A stretch of 61,865 nucleotides of DNA, counting the filler, from Chiloscyllium plagiosum (Eukaryota): the NCBI RefSeq assembly GCF_004010195.1. It is 4 parts of one record of this genome, joined end to end, with 100 filler letters (N's around TTAATTAATTAA, not from the genome) between each part and the next. Parts side by side here need not be neighbours in the genome. Positions count along the whole stretch, not along the records: positions 15,963 to 43,104 come from NC_057717.1; positions 43,205 to 56,510 come from NC_057717.1; 2 more parts are not named here. The stretch is one strand, 5' to 3'. The notes below the pieces were generated by a model. It was not told where the DNA came from. It saw only the letters and a program-made list of their open reading frames with translations, and made no database searches. Positions within the stretch are counted from its first letter, which is position 1, and every line of letters starts with the position of its first letter. Of the stretch, positions 36,725 to 48,891 are shown piece after piece. The translations under genes were made by a program, and so were the position numbers.

Positions 36725-36984
36725 AAACAACGTATTGCGTCATTGGTTTTTAATATCGTAGATATACTGTATTCAACACTGAATGGAGTTTGCATTTTTA
36801 TTTGTTATTTAAACTGATTGGCGTAATTCGAGTATGTTTTTTTGGTCTCCGGGCATCCAGCTACTCTAGCTGCTGGAACAAAAAGGCTACAGTCTATCTT
36901 GTTCAGAATACTTGGTGCTGTCACGTAGTTTTCTTTTCTTGCAACTTTCCTGAAGGTACAGTACACTTCTATACCTTCATACAA

Positions 36985-37780
36985 GGAGAAACCTAAAATA
37001 TCCAGGTATATATTGGGATACTGCTCGTGCAACGTCATGAGGGGCGAGTGTTTCTAGATTACATAGAGAAGAGCTTACTGCTGGAATGTATGTCCAGCCC
37101 AAGACAGCATATACTGTTGGATCTGGGACATGGGAAAGAGATTGGGCAAATGGATCCAGTATCAGTAAGGGATCGTTTTGGACACAGTAACCATTCTTTT
37201 AGAATTTCTGGATAATGGTGGAGAATGGCATGCAATAATTGAGAACTATAATTGAGAGTGATAAAAAAAATCGTTGACTGTGAGTGGCCTGCGATGTGGC
37301 AAGAATGAATCTGGGAAAGTTTCACTGGAACAACCAGTTGGTTAGAAAAGAAAAAAAAAAGAACCATAGGCTCCTTTTAGTGAGGAGGTGACTTGGATCC
37401 AATCGAGGAATGGCCCATCAAAAGGGAAACGCAGGATAAACAAACCCAAGGATTCCTGGATTATGGAGAACAATCGGATTGATGACAGGTAGATAATCGA
37501 AGAATGCTGAAGGATCGGTTAGAGATCGTACAGCAGGCTGTAATTATAGGGAAACTGAAAGCCCAAGTACAGCTGTCCAGAAATCCTCTGTGGATACCTC
37601 ACAGAGAGTGTGTTAAATGATCGAGTAATGCTAGTTCGAAACCAGAAGAGGGACTGCTCCGTGGAAAAAAATTGTCTGCGAGTAGTTAGAAAACACTTAG
37701 ATGTGCTGTAGATACATGTTCAATGGAAACGTTCAAGAGGCGATTGCATGATATATGATACAAAAACTAAGGTGTAAATT
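36985..37780 (+). mobile_element. Very decayed CR1 ORF2 fragment
   Basis: EGRVFLDYIEKSLLLECMSSPRQHILLDL..VSVRDRFGHSNH resembles the CR1 EN C-terminus. Confidence 0.55.
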
Positions 37781-37974
37781 ATGGGGGAGGAGGAGCTCAT
37801 TCCACAGCAATGTATTCAGTTGAAGTGCTGGTGTAACCATGATTGGCCAAATGTAATGCTTCTGTTATAAGACGCCTGTATCTTTCAATCTGATAACTTG
37901 AGACTCTTCCAAATCGAATAAAATCCTGTCTCTGCAAAGCGTTTGATCCTGCGCGATACATTATGATCTCTGCA

Positions 37975-38268
37975 CGGCTGCATGGTGGCTTTTTGATTAG
38001 TACAGTTGCCTCGCAGTGCCCGGAAGCTGGGTTCAATCCGATCCTTGGGAGACAATCTACGAGGAGTTTGTACATTTTCAACGTGTCTGCGTGGGTTTCT
38101 CCGTCTGCTCCAGTTTTGGTGAATGGACCATACAGATTTGTTCAGAGTGTTTAGGGATGTGCAGATTTGGTAAATGTTGAGTAATTCGGTGGGGAGATGG
38201 GTCTGGCTGGGTGTGGACATCCCTTGGGCCAAATGGCCTGTTTCTAACCTGCCGAGATTCTATGATTC
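37975..38268 (+). mobile_element. Decayed HE1/V-SINE
   Basis: GGTGGC..GGGTTCAATCC..GGAGTTTGTACATTTTC..GTGTCTGCGTGGGTTTCTCC..GGGCCAAATGGCCTGTTTC; GATTCTAT tail. Confidence 0.8.
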
Positions 38269-38966
38269 TCTGCAACCTCCATCAACCCATGCCGGCCTCC
38301 TTATCTCAGTAACTCATGCAAGCCATATAAACCTCCTTTCTCTGTAAACGCCTCCCGATTTTACAATTCACCCTCTTTATATAACATTTCTCAAGTCCTC
38401 ACAGCTCTCCTTTTCTCTGTAACGACTTGATCCATAGAAACTTCTCAATTCTTGCAATATTCCCCAGACCACATCATTACCAACATCACTGACTCCCTTG
38501 TGTCCTGAAGAATCTCCTTATCTTCATAGTCTTCCTCAGCCATTATTATCTTCATTACATATGCAAATTTCTGCAACACCTACAACTTAGCCATTCTCTT
38601 TTGTTTGCTCCAGTCCCGACAATATTTCTTGCTGTGTAACCTAATCCAGTGGCTAACCAGCCTTGCAATATCCTTTACATCCTTGGAGAGCTTCCAAGTC
38701 TGCAACCACCTTCTGCACCTACACAGCTCAGTGTCTCTGCAACATTCAGAATGTAAATCCATCACGATCTTTTGAAACACCAGCAGCCTTCCTTATCTCT
38801 CTAACAGCTGCCAGATGTTAAAAGTGAAATAACTACACAGAGGTCACCAAATCACCCCTGACGCTCCTGTGCATTTCTGTCAGCCAGAAGAACTTCATTA
38901 ATATGAGTTCCGTCTTTCGGACTGTTCATCTAATGAATAAGGTTTTCCTACTGACCTCATTCCTTC

Positions 38967-39243
38967 GAATCATAGAATGCATCCAGTGTGGAAATATGCC
39001 CGTCGGCCCAACAAGTCCTCACTAATACTTAGCCTTTAAATGCCCGTAATCAGCACATACTCAAACAATTTGGGCAAGTTAGTATTGCCAATATACTTAA
39101 TCAGCACATGCTTTGGGATCGTGGGTGGAATTCTACGAGGAGAATGTGCAAACTCTACACAGACTATCACCTGGAGCTCTAATTGAGCCGGTGTCCTGGT
39201 AATATGAGACACCAGTGACAACCGCTGAGCCAACTTGCCACCC
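38967..39243 (-). mobile_element. Decayed HE1/V-SINE
   Basis: Reverse-complement similarity to 23219-23541 (GGCCCAACAAGTCC, GAGAATGTGCAAACTCTACACAG). Confidence 0.75.
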
Positions 39244-39619
39244 TAATTCCAGCCACCACAAAAACCCTCCACGTATCTATAACGTTTATAAGCATCGACA
39301 TATCTCGCAGTCTCTGAGACCATCCCCAGCTGCTACAACCCTCTTTCTGTAACACTCTCCGAAAGAAGTCCCGTACATTTCAGTATAACCTCCTCTTATC
39401 AATCGCCTGCAGCACCAATACAAGCTATCTTTCTGTTTTCTTCAAACACTCCATCTTAATTTCCTTCAAGCAGAAAGCCTCTTTCCCATTTCTAACCGCT
39501 TTCAAAAACTCAAACCAACTACTGTGGCCTTGTACATATCCGGGAGCATGGTGAACTTTACAAAGTAGGAATGCTCTAGAAACGAGTGGGTTCATAGCGG
39601 TGTGAATGGTTTGCACAAA

Positions 39620-39942
39620 AGAATTACAATCCCTACAGTATTGTGAACAGGCCATTTGTCCCCACAAGTCCGAAGATTATCCAACCCAGAGCTCTACATT
39701 TACCCAGACTTATGCGTCCAACCAACATATCCCCTGAACACTAACTTCAATTTATCATGTCCAATTCTCCTAGGTAGTACATCTTTGGATTATCAGACGA
39801 AGCTGGAGCACCCGAAGGAAAACAGCACAGACACAGGAAGAAAGCACAAAGTCCACAAAGACAGGCGTGCGAGGTTTGAAATGAACCTGTAACACTGGTG
39901 CTTTGAGGCAGCAGTACTAACCACTGAGCCATCATGCCACGC
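39620..39942 (-). mobile_element. Decayed HE1/V-SINE
   Basis: GAAGCTGGAGCACCCGAAGGAAA..TGAGGCAGCAGTACTAACCACTGAGCCATCATGCC. Confidence 0.8.
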
Positions 39943-39949
39943 CAGAAAC

Positions 39950-40900
39950 AACAAAAAGCTTGATTTGCAGACGTTTTGTCCTCGTCCAGTGCACTTCGCT
40001 GACATCTTCAGTGTTTTGCATCCTGTGAAGTGCTGACGTGCTGTCTCAGTTGGACTTTACTTGGTTCCTTTCATTTTTGCTTTTGGTTGGCTGTTCTGGT
40101 TGTTCATTGCAGTGGCCAGTATGGGTTTGTTGGTGGAGTCCTTGGATTAGTTCCATGCTTCCAGGAATTCTCTCGTTCCCCTTTGTTTAGCGTGTGCTAC
40201 GAACGTTGTGTTTCCCCAGTCGACTTTGTGGTCCTGTCATCTGTGGGTAGTGGGTAGTTTGTGTTCTTGGATGTGGATTGGTAGTTATCTGACTGTTTGC
40301 CATGCTCGCTTACATAAACAAAATCTCGAAACTGATAGCCAGACGTCTCCAATCACCTAGATTCATGACAGCCTATAAACTGACAGCCACACTCAGACAA
40401 CTCACCAGAACAAAATACCCTGAACTCACCATTTGCAAGACAAACGTCATTTATATTATTCCAAAAAAAAAAGACTGCCCGAAATACTACATATGACAAA
40501 CAGGCAGATTACTATCAATCCATGTGCCTTGGACACCAACTAGACTCAACACGCCATGACCAACTGACCAACTAAATATACGCACAGAGACTTCGACCTG
40601 GACAACACAACACTCATAGAAGACACTAAACAGTGGACTGCCAGAGAACTCTTCGAGTCAGGGCACTCAGCTACCGACTCCATCAATAAGCAGATTGACC
40701 TGGACCCACAAAACCAGCCACTACACAAATAACTGGAACCAGCAATTGGGAGCAGCAGGAATGGAGCCAAATAAATTCGAGAATAGACAGGACAGAAGCA
40801 CTTCAGAGAAGGCCGCAAAGTCCTGAAGATGTCATTCAGGCAAGGGCCGAAGCGTCAGCAAATCAACATCCGGGCCTGGCAACATACCCGCAACCACATC
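39950..40900. mobile_element. Decayed Penelope-like element with 5' inversion
   Basis: LAYINKISKLIARRL..TNVIYIIP..DCPKYYI (GIY-YIG) on +; 39960-40300 is an inverted copy of the 3' part; decayed hammerhead motifs at ~39970-40012 (-) and ~40823-40856 (+). Confidence 0.75.
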
Positions 40901-42435
40901 ATTCCCGATGAAGGGCTTTTGCTCCAAACATACATTCTCCTGCTCTTCGAATGATGCGTGAACTGGAGTGATTCTCCAGCACCAACCTCTCGATAACCAC
41001 AACCATGACAACCGGCAAAGGAGCAACAAATTTTTACTCAAAACTTGAAAATGTCAAAGATTCGAGGATTTGCCTCGTTGTTTGTGTGTTTCAAAAATGA
41101 AAATGGTATTGAGATGCAAATGCTGAGGCCATTTCCGAGCGAGATCTATCTGTTTTGACTATTCTGTGCAAGTTGGGGAGAGAGTCTATCATCTTCCTGA
41201 TCGGATTATGGAGGTCGGTTCCAGGATAGGAAGATTCAGCTGACCATGTTCAGACGAAAGAGGGATCTTGGGATCTTCCTCATCTCATTATGGGAATGTG
41301 TCACAGAATAGATGTAGACAGCTATAAATGCTTAATACAGTTGTTTTTTTTTTCAAATCTGAATGTATTTATGTGTGTCTCTGTCTCCACGTGATTCTGA
41401 CCTAAAACAGTGACAAAAGAAATGATTCTCTGCAACAACAACTCCCAGGTATCAATTCTTGTTCAACAGTCAGTTCAACAAAGGCTCAGATTAGAATAAA
41501 CTGCCACTTTCTGAAGTATTATAACTGGGGAAAAAATAAATTTGTATCAGCTGGTATGAAATAAATCTGCATCTTTGAACACAATCTCTGAATATAGGCA
41601 ATTCACTTCCCATGTCACAGTGTGGGCGCCACTTACAGGCCTCACATGCCTGACTGGCCTGTCATCGTCCCCGATTTTATTTTTGCTGCAGACAGACACA
41701 GAGAGCTAAGTCATAACTTTTTTTTTCATGGCGCATGTTTGGCAACTTTCGTTTAGAGTTTACCTTGTCCATGCTCTTGTCGACGTAATATTGATCTGGA
41801 TGTTCCACCTTCGTTTTCACTTCACCCAAAACCTAAAGCTATTCTTGTCTTTGAAATCTTCTTAAGCCTCTCTCACAATCCTTATCTCTGTAATATCTCC
41901 CAGCCTTTATATAACTTTCCAATGTATGGTATTTCCTCCGGACCGTGGAGCTCCCCTGATCTTTGACACACGCTATAATCCCTGAATTCCTTCATAATAT
42001 TCCGACAAGGCAAACGAAATGATAGTGTTAAATGTTTGAACTATGTCTGTTGTGCCTGTAATAAAGGAATGTGAACAAGATTGAGAATTGGGGTATGCAA
42101 GCGTTTTCACCATTTATACAGGAAGGATAGAAATGCCAATAAGTGAAGTGGCATTGTATATTAAAGGATGAGATCAGTATTATTGTGATGATAATCATAT
42201 TACACCGCACCTCTCTTCCCATTCCTCTCATCCCTACATATTGATCCTGGTAACCTACGAAACCTTCAGAAAATAACACAACGTAGAGGAGATCGTTCTG
42301 AACACTGTCCATGTTGCACAAAATGCAATGCTTCGTTTAAGTCCATTTTCTGACTCCCCAGCCACCATAGGACTTCAGGTGCAGAACTCGGCATCTTTTT
42401 GAAATGGTTTGAGAATTTCTGCCGCTACTTCGTTT

Positions 42436-43104
42436 CATAGAACATAGAAGAATACAGCGCAGTACAGGCCCTTTGGCCCTCGATGTTGCGCCGATCCAAG
42501 CACACCTAACCTATACTAACCCACTATCCTCCATTTACCTATCCAATGCCCGCTTAAATGCCCATAAAGAGGGAGAGTCCACCACTGCTACTGGCAGGGC
42601 ATTCCATGAACTTACGACTCGCTGAGTGAAGAACCTACCCCTAACTTCAGTCCTATATCAAGCTATGTCCCCTTGTAATACCCGACTCCATACGCGGGAA
42701 AGGGTTCACACTGTCAACTCTATATAACCCCCTAATCATCTTGTACACCTCAATCAAGTCACCCCTAAACCTTCTTTTCTATATCTACCCCCCCTTAATT
42801 TAAAGCTATGCCCCCTTGTAATACCCGACTCCATACGCGGGAAAAGGTTCACACTGTCAACCCTATATAACCCCCTAATCATCTTGTACACCTCAATCAA
42901 GTCACCCCTAAACCTTCTTTTCTCTAATGAAAACAGCCCCAAGTGTCTCAGTCTTTCCTCATACGATCTTCCTTCCATACCAGGCAACATCCTGGTAAAC
43001 CTCCTCTGCACCCGTTCCAGTGCCTCCACATCCTTCCTATAGTATGGCGACCAAAACTGCACACAATATTCCAGATGCGGCCGCACCAAAGTCTTATACA
43101 ACTG
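42436..43104 (-). mobile_element. Young CR1 LINE 3' end (same subfamily as 15127-15862) with ~120-bp internal duplication
   Basis: Nearly identical to 15130-15650; 42660-42780 duplicates 42803-42923. Confidence 0.95.
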
Positions 43105-43204
43105 NNNNNNNNNNNNNNNNNNNNNNNNNNNNNNNNNNNNNNNNNNNNTTAATTAATTAANNNNNNNNNNNNNNNNNNNNNNNNNNNNNNNNNNNNNNNN
43201 NNNN

Positions 43205-43930
43205 TCTGTCACTTAGCAACCGAGTCCTGCATCCTGTCAATGTCCTGTTGCAAACCAGAACAGACCTCCATACTATCCACAATTCCAGCAACTTGTGTTA
43301 CATCATCAAACGTACGAACTTACCCTTCCACTTCGTCATCCAAGTCATTTATCAAAATCACAAGCAGCAGAGGTTCCAGAACCGATCCTCACGGAACACT
43401 ACTGCTCACCTAGTTCCACACTGAATACTTCCCATTTACCACCACCCTCTGTATTCTATGGGCTAGCCAATTCTGTATCCAGACAGATAGGTCTCCCTGT
43501 ATACCATGCCTCCTTACTTTCTGAATGAACCTACCACGGGGACGTTTATCAAACACCTTGTTAAAATCCATCCACTCCGCATTCACTGCTCTACCTTCTT
43601 CAGTGTGCTTAATTCTACCTTCAAAGAATCCAATAAGAGATGTGAGGTATGATCTGCCCCTCACAAAGCCATGCTGACAATTTCTTATCAAACTTTGATT
43701 TTTCAGACTCCTTTCCAATATTTTGTCCAATACTGATGTAAAACTGACTGGTCTGTCATTCTCAGGACAATCCTTGTTTCCTTGCCTGAACAAGAGAGTA
43801 ACATTTGCCACCCTCCAATCATGCGACGCTACTCCATTGGAGAGTGAAAAGGCAAAGACCATCGCTAAAGGCACAGAAATCTCTTCCCTCTCTTCCTGTA
43901 GTCCCTTCTGGCCTAGGGATTTATCTATCC
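43205..43930 (-). mobile_element. Decayed CR1 RT fragment
   Basis: DWRVANVTLLF..NDRPVSFTSV..QHGFVRGRSYLT..MDFNKVFDK..WIQNWLAHRIQRVVV. Confidence 0.9.
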
Positions 43931-44089
43931 TTGTGGTTGTACTTCAATCAGTCTGTATTTCACCTCAAATTGTTTACTCTCTGTTCAGCCAACTGATTGC
44001 CTGCTTTCCATTTCAGCGCTCTGTACAGTGCTGCCTTTCTGAACCAGTATGGTTCCCAATATCCTGTGTATTATGGAATGGAAAACATG

Positions 44090-44211
44090 GGAAGGGCAGA
44101 TGCCCAAAGGTTTGACTCTACTGCTCCTCAGATGCTGCCTGACTGGCTGTGCTTTTCCAGTGCCACAATTTTCGACCCTGATCACCAGGATCTGCAGTCC
44201 TCACTTTCTCC
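44090..44211 (+). mobile_element. Single PLE terminus (family A)
   Basis: GAAGGGCAGATGCCCAAAGG..TGCTCCTCAGATGCTGCCTGAC..CTTTTCCAG..CTGCAGTCCTCACTTTCTCC. Confidence 0.7.
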
Positions 44212-44419
44212 ACTACTGAGGGCTGTCCCCTCTGCACACTGAGCAGGGAACTAATCAGCAGAATCTCGTGGTATCTGGAGCTGACTGTTCAGTTCTGGAA
44301 AGTTGCATTTGATTAGCACATTTACTAAAACGAAATTAGAATTCAACAAATATTCATTCGTTATAGACCCCCAGATAAAGGAAAGTAAGGGAGCAGGTAT
44401 ATAACCAAGATATTGAGGT

Positions 44420-45490
44420 GTGTAAAAAAAAATAGGATCATTATATTCAGACATGTCAATTCCAAACATTCATTAGGTCAGTGATAACTTTTTAAGAGGG
44501 GACAGGTGTTTTAAAATTTACTCCAGAGAGCTTCTTATATCAACATAGAGCAGATACAACAATGGGCAGTGCAGTGCTCGGCCTCAGTGTGGGGACGAAG
44601 CCAGTTAGCTGTTCCAGGCAGAAGTGGGAGGGCATTATAGGACCAGTGACCGTGATATCACACATTTTGACTTTGCTGAGGAAAAGACCCCAAAAGCTTT
44701 TTTGATTGGGTAGACAGATTTTATGGGAAAAAAAAATGACAGGATCTGGCCAAAATGCAGTTGTTTCTTGGTGAAACTGTAGGAGAACAAGGTGGGGCGG
44801 GGGTCGGGGGATCATTTGATTAAAATTGAATTGATGACAGTGTGGGCCAAGCATGTTACACCGAAGATAAAATTTAGGAAAACAAGCCCAGAGAACCTCA
44901 AATGTCGACACAAATTCCGAACAGAATGAAAAATGAAAGAGAAGCTCAAAGCAGGTATCAAGTGATCAGGTCAATGAAAGTCCAAAAAGAATATGGAAAG
45001 TGTAGGGATAAACTTTAAAAAGTCAGTGGAAGAGGGAGGGGTGATAAAACATTAGCGGGTAAGATTAGCAAGAATCCAAAGTCACTTTTTTTGGTTTATT
45101 AAGGGGAAGAGGATAACACAGGGAAAAAAATGGGAGTATTAGCGACTAAGGGGACAGCCTGTTCACAGAGCGAGAGAATATGTTAAACACATCCTACGAA
45201 TTGGTCTTCAGTTTGGAGGAACTAAGGGAGAATTGGAAGTTTATGCAAGATAGAGTGGACAAACCACCAGATTAAAGACCACCAAGTCTCACATCAGTGA
45301 GAGGGAAACAATTGTAGAAAATTCGGAGGACTGTTGAGGCCGGATCATCAAATATCTTCAAGGCTGAGACAGACAGATTTTTATACAAGTGTTACTGGGA
45401 AATCGCAGGAAAGTGGAATAGGGGATTAACAAAATAAATATAATCTAATCGAAGGAAAAGCAGACTCAGTGAGCGGACAGACATATTGTT
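44420..45490 (+). mobile_element. Very decayed CR1 fragments
   Basis: CATTCATTAGGTCAGTGAT; AAGATTAGCAAGAATCCAAAG..ATTAAGGGGAAGAGGATAAC; ATCTTCAAGGCTGAGACAGACAGATTTT. Confidence 0.5.
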
Positions 45491-46133
45491 GCCCCTACGT
45501 CTAATGGTGTTCTTTTCCAATAGCCCTGTATTCGCAAGAACATCAACCTCTCTCACTATGGAGTGAGACACAGTTTGGAATGCAAGCGAGGGATTCAAGG
45601 AATTCATAAACGCGATACTAATAGACAGAAAGTACGAGAGGACTGCGACAACACGGATTGCCTGTCGGGGTGAGGATTTCCATCGACACAGTCACCACTA
45701 CAATAAGGAAGACCTCAGCAAGACACCCTCCAAGGCCAAGCAGAGGCCTGCACTGGAGAGCAGGTAGTCAGGGGGCAGGTGTCAAAGAGTGCTGAAGGCC
45801 TAAACACTACATCACTGTCGTGTCTCCTTCCTTCCCTGACCAAAATTAAATGTCGAGGGGTAGAGAGAGACATGCCGTTGTTAGCAGAGTAAGCAGGAAG
45901 GCTTTTACACGAGAGGCTTTGGACAGCTCCAGTTCAGAAAAGTGTACAGGTAAACTCAAATAAAGTTCTTTTAACTTTATTGTTACAGCAGTCGAGATGG
46001 CATTTAGGGCAGTCGCACGCTCCTGTTGTGGGATGTGGAAGCTCAGGGAGATTTCCACGGGCCCTAATGGCTACTCGTGTGGGCACTGCACCCAGCTTCA
46101 GATCCTGGGAGGCCGTGTTAGGGAGCTGAAGCT

Positions 46134-46408
46134 GGGCAGCACGGTGGTTCAGTGGTTAGCACTGCCTCAGCACCAGGGACCAGGGTTCTGTGTGGAGTTT
46201 GCACATTCTCGCTGTGTCTGCATGGGTTTCCTCTGGGTGCTGCGGTTTCCGCCCACAGTCCAAAGATGTGCAGGTTAGGTGAATTGGTCATGCTAAATTA
46301 CCTGCAGTGTTGCGTGTAGAGGAGTGGGTCTGGGGGGGCTGCTCTTCAATGGGTCGGTTCGGAATTGTTGGGCTAAAGGGCCTGTTTACACACTGTAGAT
46401 AATCTAAC
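46134..46408 (+). mobile_element. HE1/V-SINE nested in CR1 ORF1
   Basis: GGGCAGCACGGTGGTTCAGTGGTTAGCAC..TGTGTGGAGTTTGCACATTCTC..GGGCCTGTTTACACACTGTAG. Confidence 0.9.
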
Positions 46409-48698
46409 CTAGAATGCACTCAGGGTAATCCGAGATACTGACCTAGATAATGACTGTAATATTCCAGTCCAACGTTCATCGCCCTGCGTTTACCTGTCAG
46501 TCCAGTTGTATTTAAATAAAAATAATTTAATCCAACAGGCGTACCTTGCTTCCTGTCATGTTCCAGACAGAGAGTAGATGGGCGACCACCAGGAATGGCA
46601 AATGGAGTAGGCAGGGAGTGCAGGAATCCCTGTGGCCATTCCCCTCGAAAACATGTAGACCATTTTGGATTGTTGGGGGCGATGACCGTTCAGGGGGAAG
46701 CAGCAGGAGCCAGGTTGGTGGTACTACCACTGGCTCTGGGGCAGAGCAGGAAAGGGTAAAGGTAAGCAGGACATTAAAGATAGGTGGGTCGATTGTTAGT
46801 GGGACAGATCAGAGATTCTGTGGTTACAAAGGGGAATCCAGGATGGTCCGTTACTTCCCGGGTGCTAGGTCCAGGATGTCTCCAAGTGGCTGCAGAACAT
46901 TCTCAAGGGGGAGGGGGAGCAGCCGGAAATCATTATGCACGTTGGCACAAATGCTACCCGTAGCAATAGGGACGAGGTCCTGCAGCGTGATTACAGAGAG
47001 CTAGGAGAAACTTTAAAAAAAAACCTTGACAGTGGTATTCTCCTGAAAGGAAGATTACCGTCCGAGACATGCACTGGAGGAGACACCTATATCTTGCCGG
47101 CCAGTTTTGCTCGGGTTACAAGGGAGGGTTTAAACTAGATTGGCAGATGGTGGTATCCTCAAGAGCAGGGAGGAAAGTGGAAGGAGATACAGTAATCAGA
47201 AATAGTAAGGTGGGGCTGGAAAACGACAGAGAGAAAGTAATGCATTTTGGATTAAATTGCATCTGTTTCAGTGCAAGAGTGCTGACAGGTAAGGCCGATG
47301 AACTCAGGGCGTGGATAGGTAGGTGTGTCTGGGATATTATAGCCATTACAGAAACATGGCTAAGTGATGGATAGGACTGACAGCTTAATGTACGAAGGAA
47401 CAGGTGCTTTAGGCGAGACAGAGATGGTGGAAGGAGAGGAGGGAGAGTTGCATTTCTGATTAAGGGGAGAACCACAGCATTAATCAGAGATAAAATAACT
47501 GATGGATCACCCAGTGAGGCTTTGTGGGTGGTGTTTATAAATAGGAAGGGAATGGTGAGGTGATTGGGGTTGTAATATAGGCCCCCAAATAGTCAACAGG
47601 AATGAGAGGAACAAATATGCAGGGAGAGAAGGGAGACCTGCAGGAGCAATAGGGTTATCATAATAGATTTTTTTTTTCTAATACAGACTGGAACAGCCAG
47701 AGTGTTAAGTGATTTGATGAGGTAGAATCTGTTAAATGCATCAGGAAAGTTTCCTCAAGCAGTATATAGAGTGTCCTACTCGGGAAGGGGCAAAATTCGA
47801 AATTTTCTTAGTAAATAGGGCATGACAGGTGACTGAGTTAATAGTGGGGGTGCACTTAGGGACCAGTAACAATAGTTCTATTAATTTTCAAATAGTTATG
47901 GAGAGGGACAAAACTGGTCCTCAGGTTCATGTTCGAACTTGGGGCGTGACTCAGGTTCAGGCAGCTGGGATCAAGGGAATCCCTGGAGATTATAAGAGAT
48001 ACAGGAGTCTATGGAAGAAGGAAAGCAGTAGGGTGAAAAGAGGGCAAGAAAGAGCCTTGGCTGTGAAAATTAGGATTAATCCAAAAAGGTACTTTAAATA
48101 TATTAATAGAAAAAAAACACTAACTGGGGAGAAAATAGGACGCCTCGAAGACCAATGTCGACAAGTATGTGTGGAACTATCAGAGATGATTGAAGTCCTT
48201 AACGAATATTTCTACTCTATGTTTACCATGGAGAAAGACATGATGACTTCAAAACTTGAGGAAGTTAGTAGTGATATTTTAGGGACAATCCATATCATAG
48301 TAGAGGAGATTTTGGACGTACTAGAATGTTGAAAGTGGTTGAATCTCACGGTTCTTACCCGATATATCCAAGAACACGTCAAGGGGCTCCAGAAGAATTT
48401 GCGGGAACCCTGGCTTATAATGTTGATCATCAGTAAAGTAATGTCCCTGAAGACTGGAGGATAGAAAATATTGTGCCCTTATTCAAGAAGAACTGAACAA
48501 AAAAAGCCTTCGAACTTCAGATCAGTAGGTAAGTTACTTGAGAAGGTTCTGAGGGATAAAGTTTACATGCATTTAGAAAGATAGGCTTAGATTAGGAATA
48601 GTAAGTGCGGCTTTATGCGAGGAAGTTTATGCCTGACAATTTTCTTAAAGTAATTGGAAAATGTGACCAGGAAGATTGACTTGGGTGGGGCAGCAGAT

Positions 48699-48891
48699 GT
48701 CGAAATATGTGGTTTGGAAAAGCGCAGCAGGTCAGGCAGCATTCGATGGCCAGGAGAATCTATGTTTTGGACATAAGTCCTTCATCAGGAACGTCCAAAA
48801 CATCTTCTGATGCTGCCTTACCTGCCGTGTTTTTCCAGTGCTACACTGTTCGACACTGATCTCCAGCATCTGCCATGCTCACTTTCTCCAA
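48699..48891. mobile_element. Fold-back PLE-terminus mini-element, family A, nested in CR1 RT
   Basis: TGGAAAAGCGCAGCAGGTCAGGCAGCAT is inverted against ATGCTGCCTTACCTGCCGTGTTTTTCCA; degenerate TSD GGGCAGCAGAT (48688-48698) / GGGCGGTAGAT (48892-48902). Confidence 0.75.

Larger units (their letters stand above)
33183..36982 (-). mobile_element. Decayed Gmr1-like Gypsy element, 5' half (partial LTR, PBS, gag, protease region, integrase)
   Basis: gag EAYIQQFRNIKKEPGQTYVEFEK; zinc knuckle CFxCVKVGHIRSQC at ~35505-35548; integrase ILRACCQDYLNDWNKGIQFVLFAV..PFQVIFEHEVR following with no intervening RT; 36770-36982 matches LTR end 60000-60219. Confidence 0.85.
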
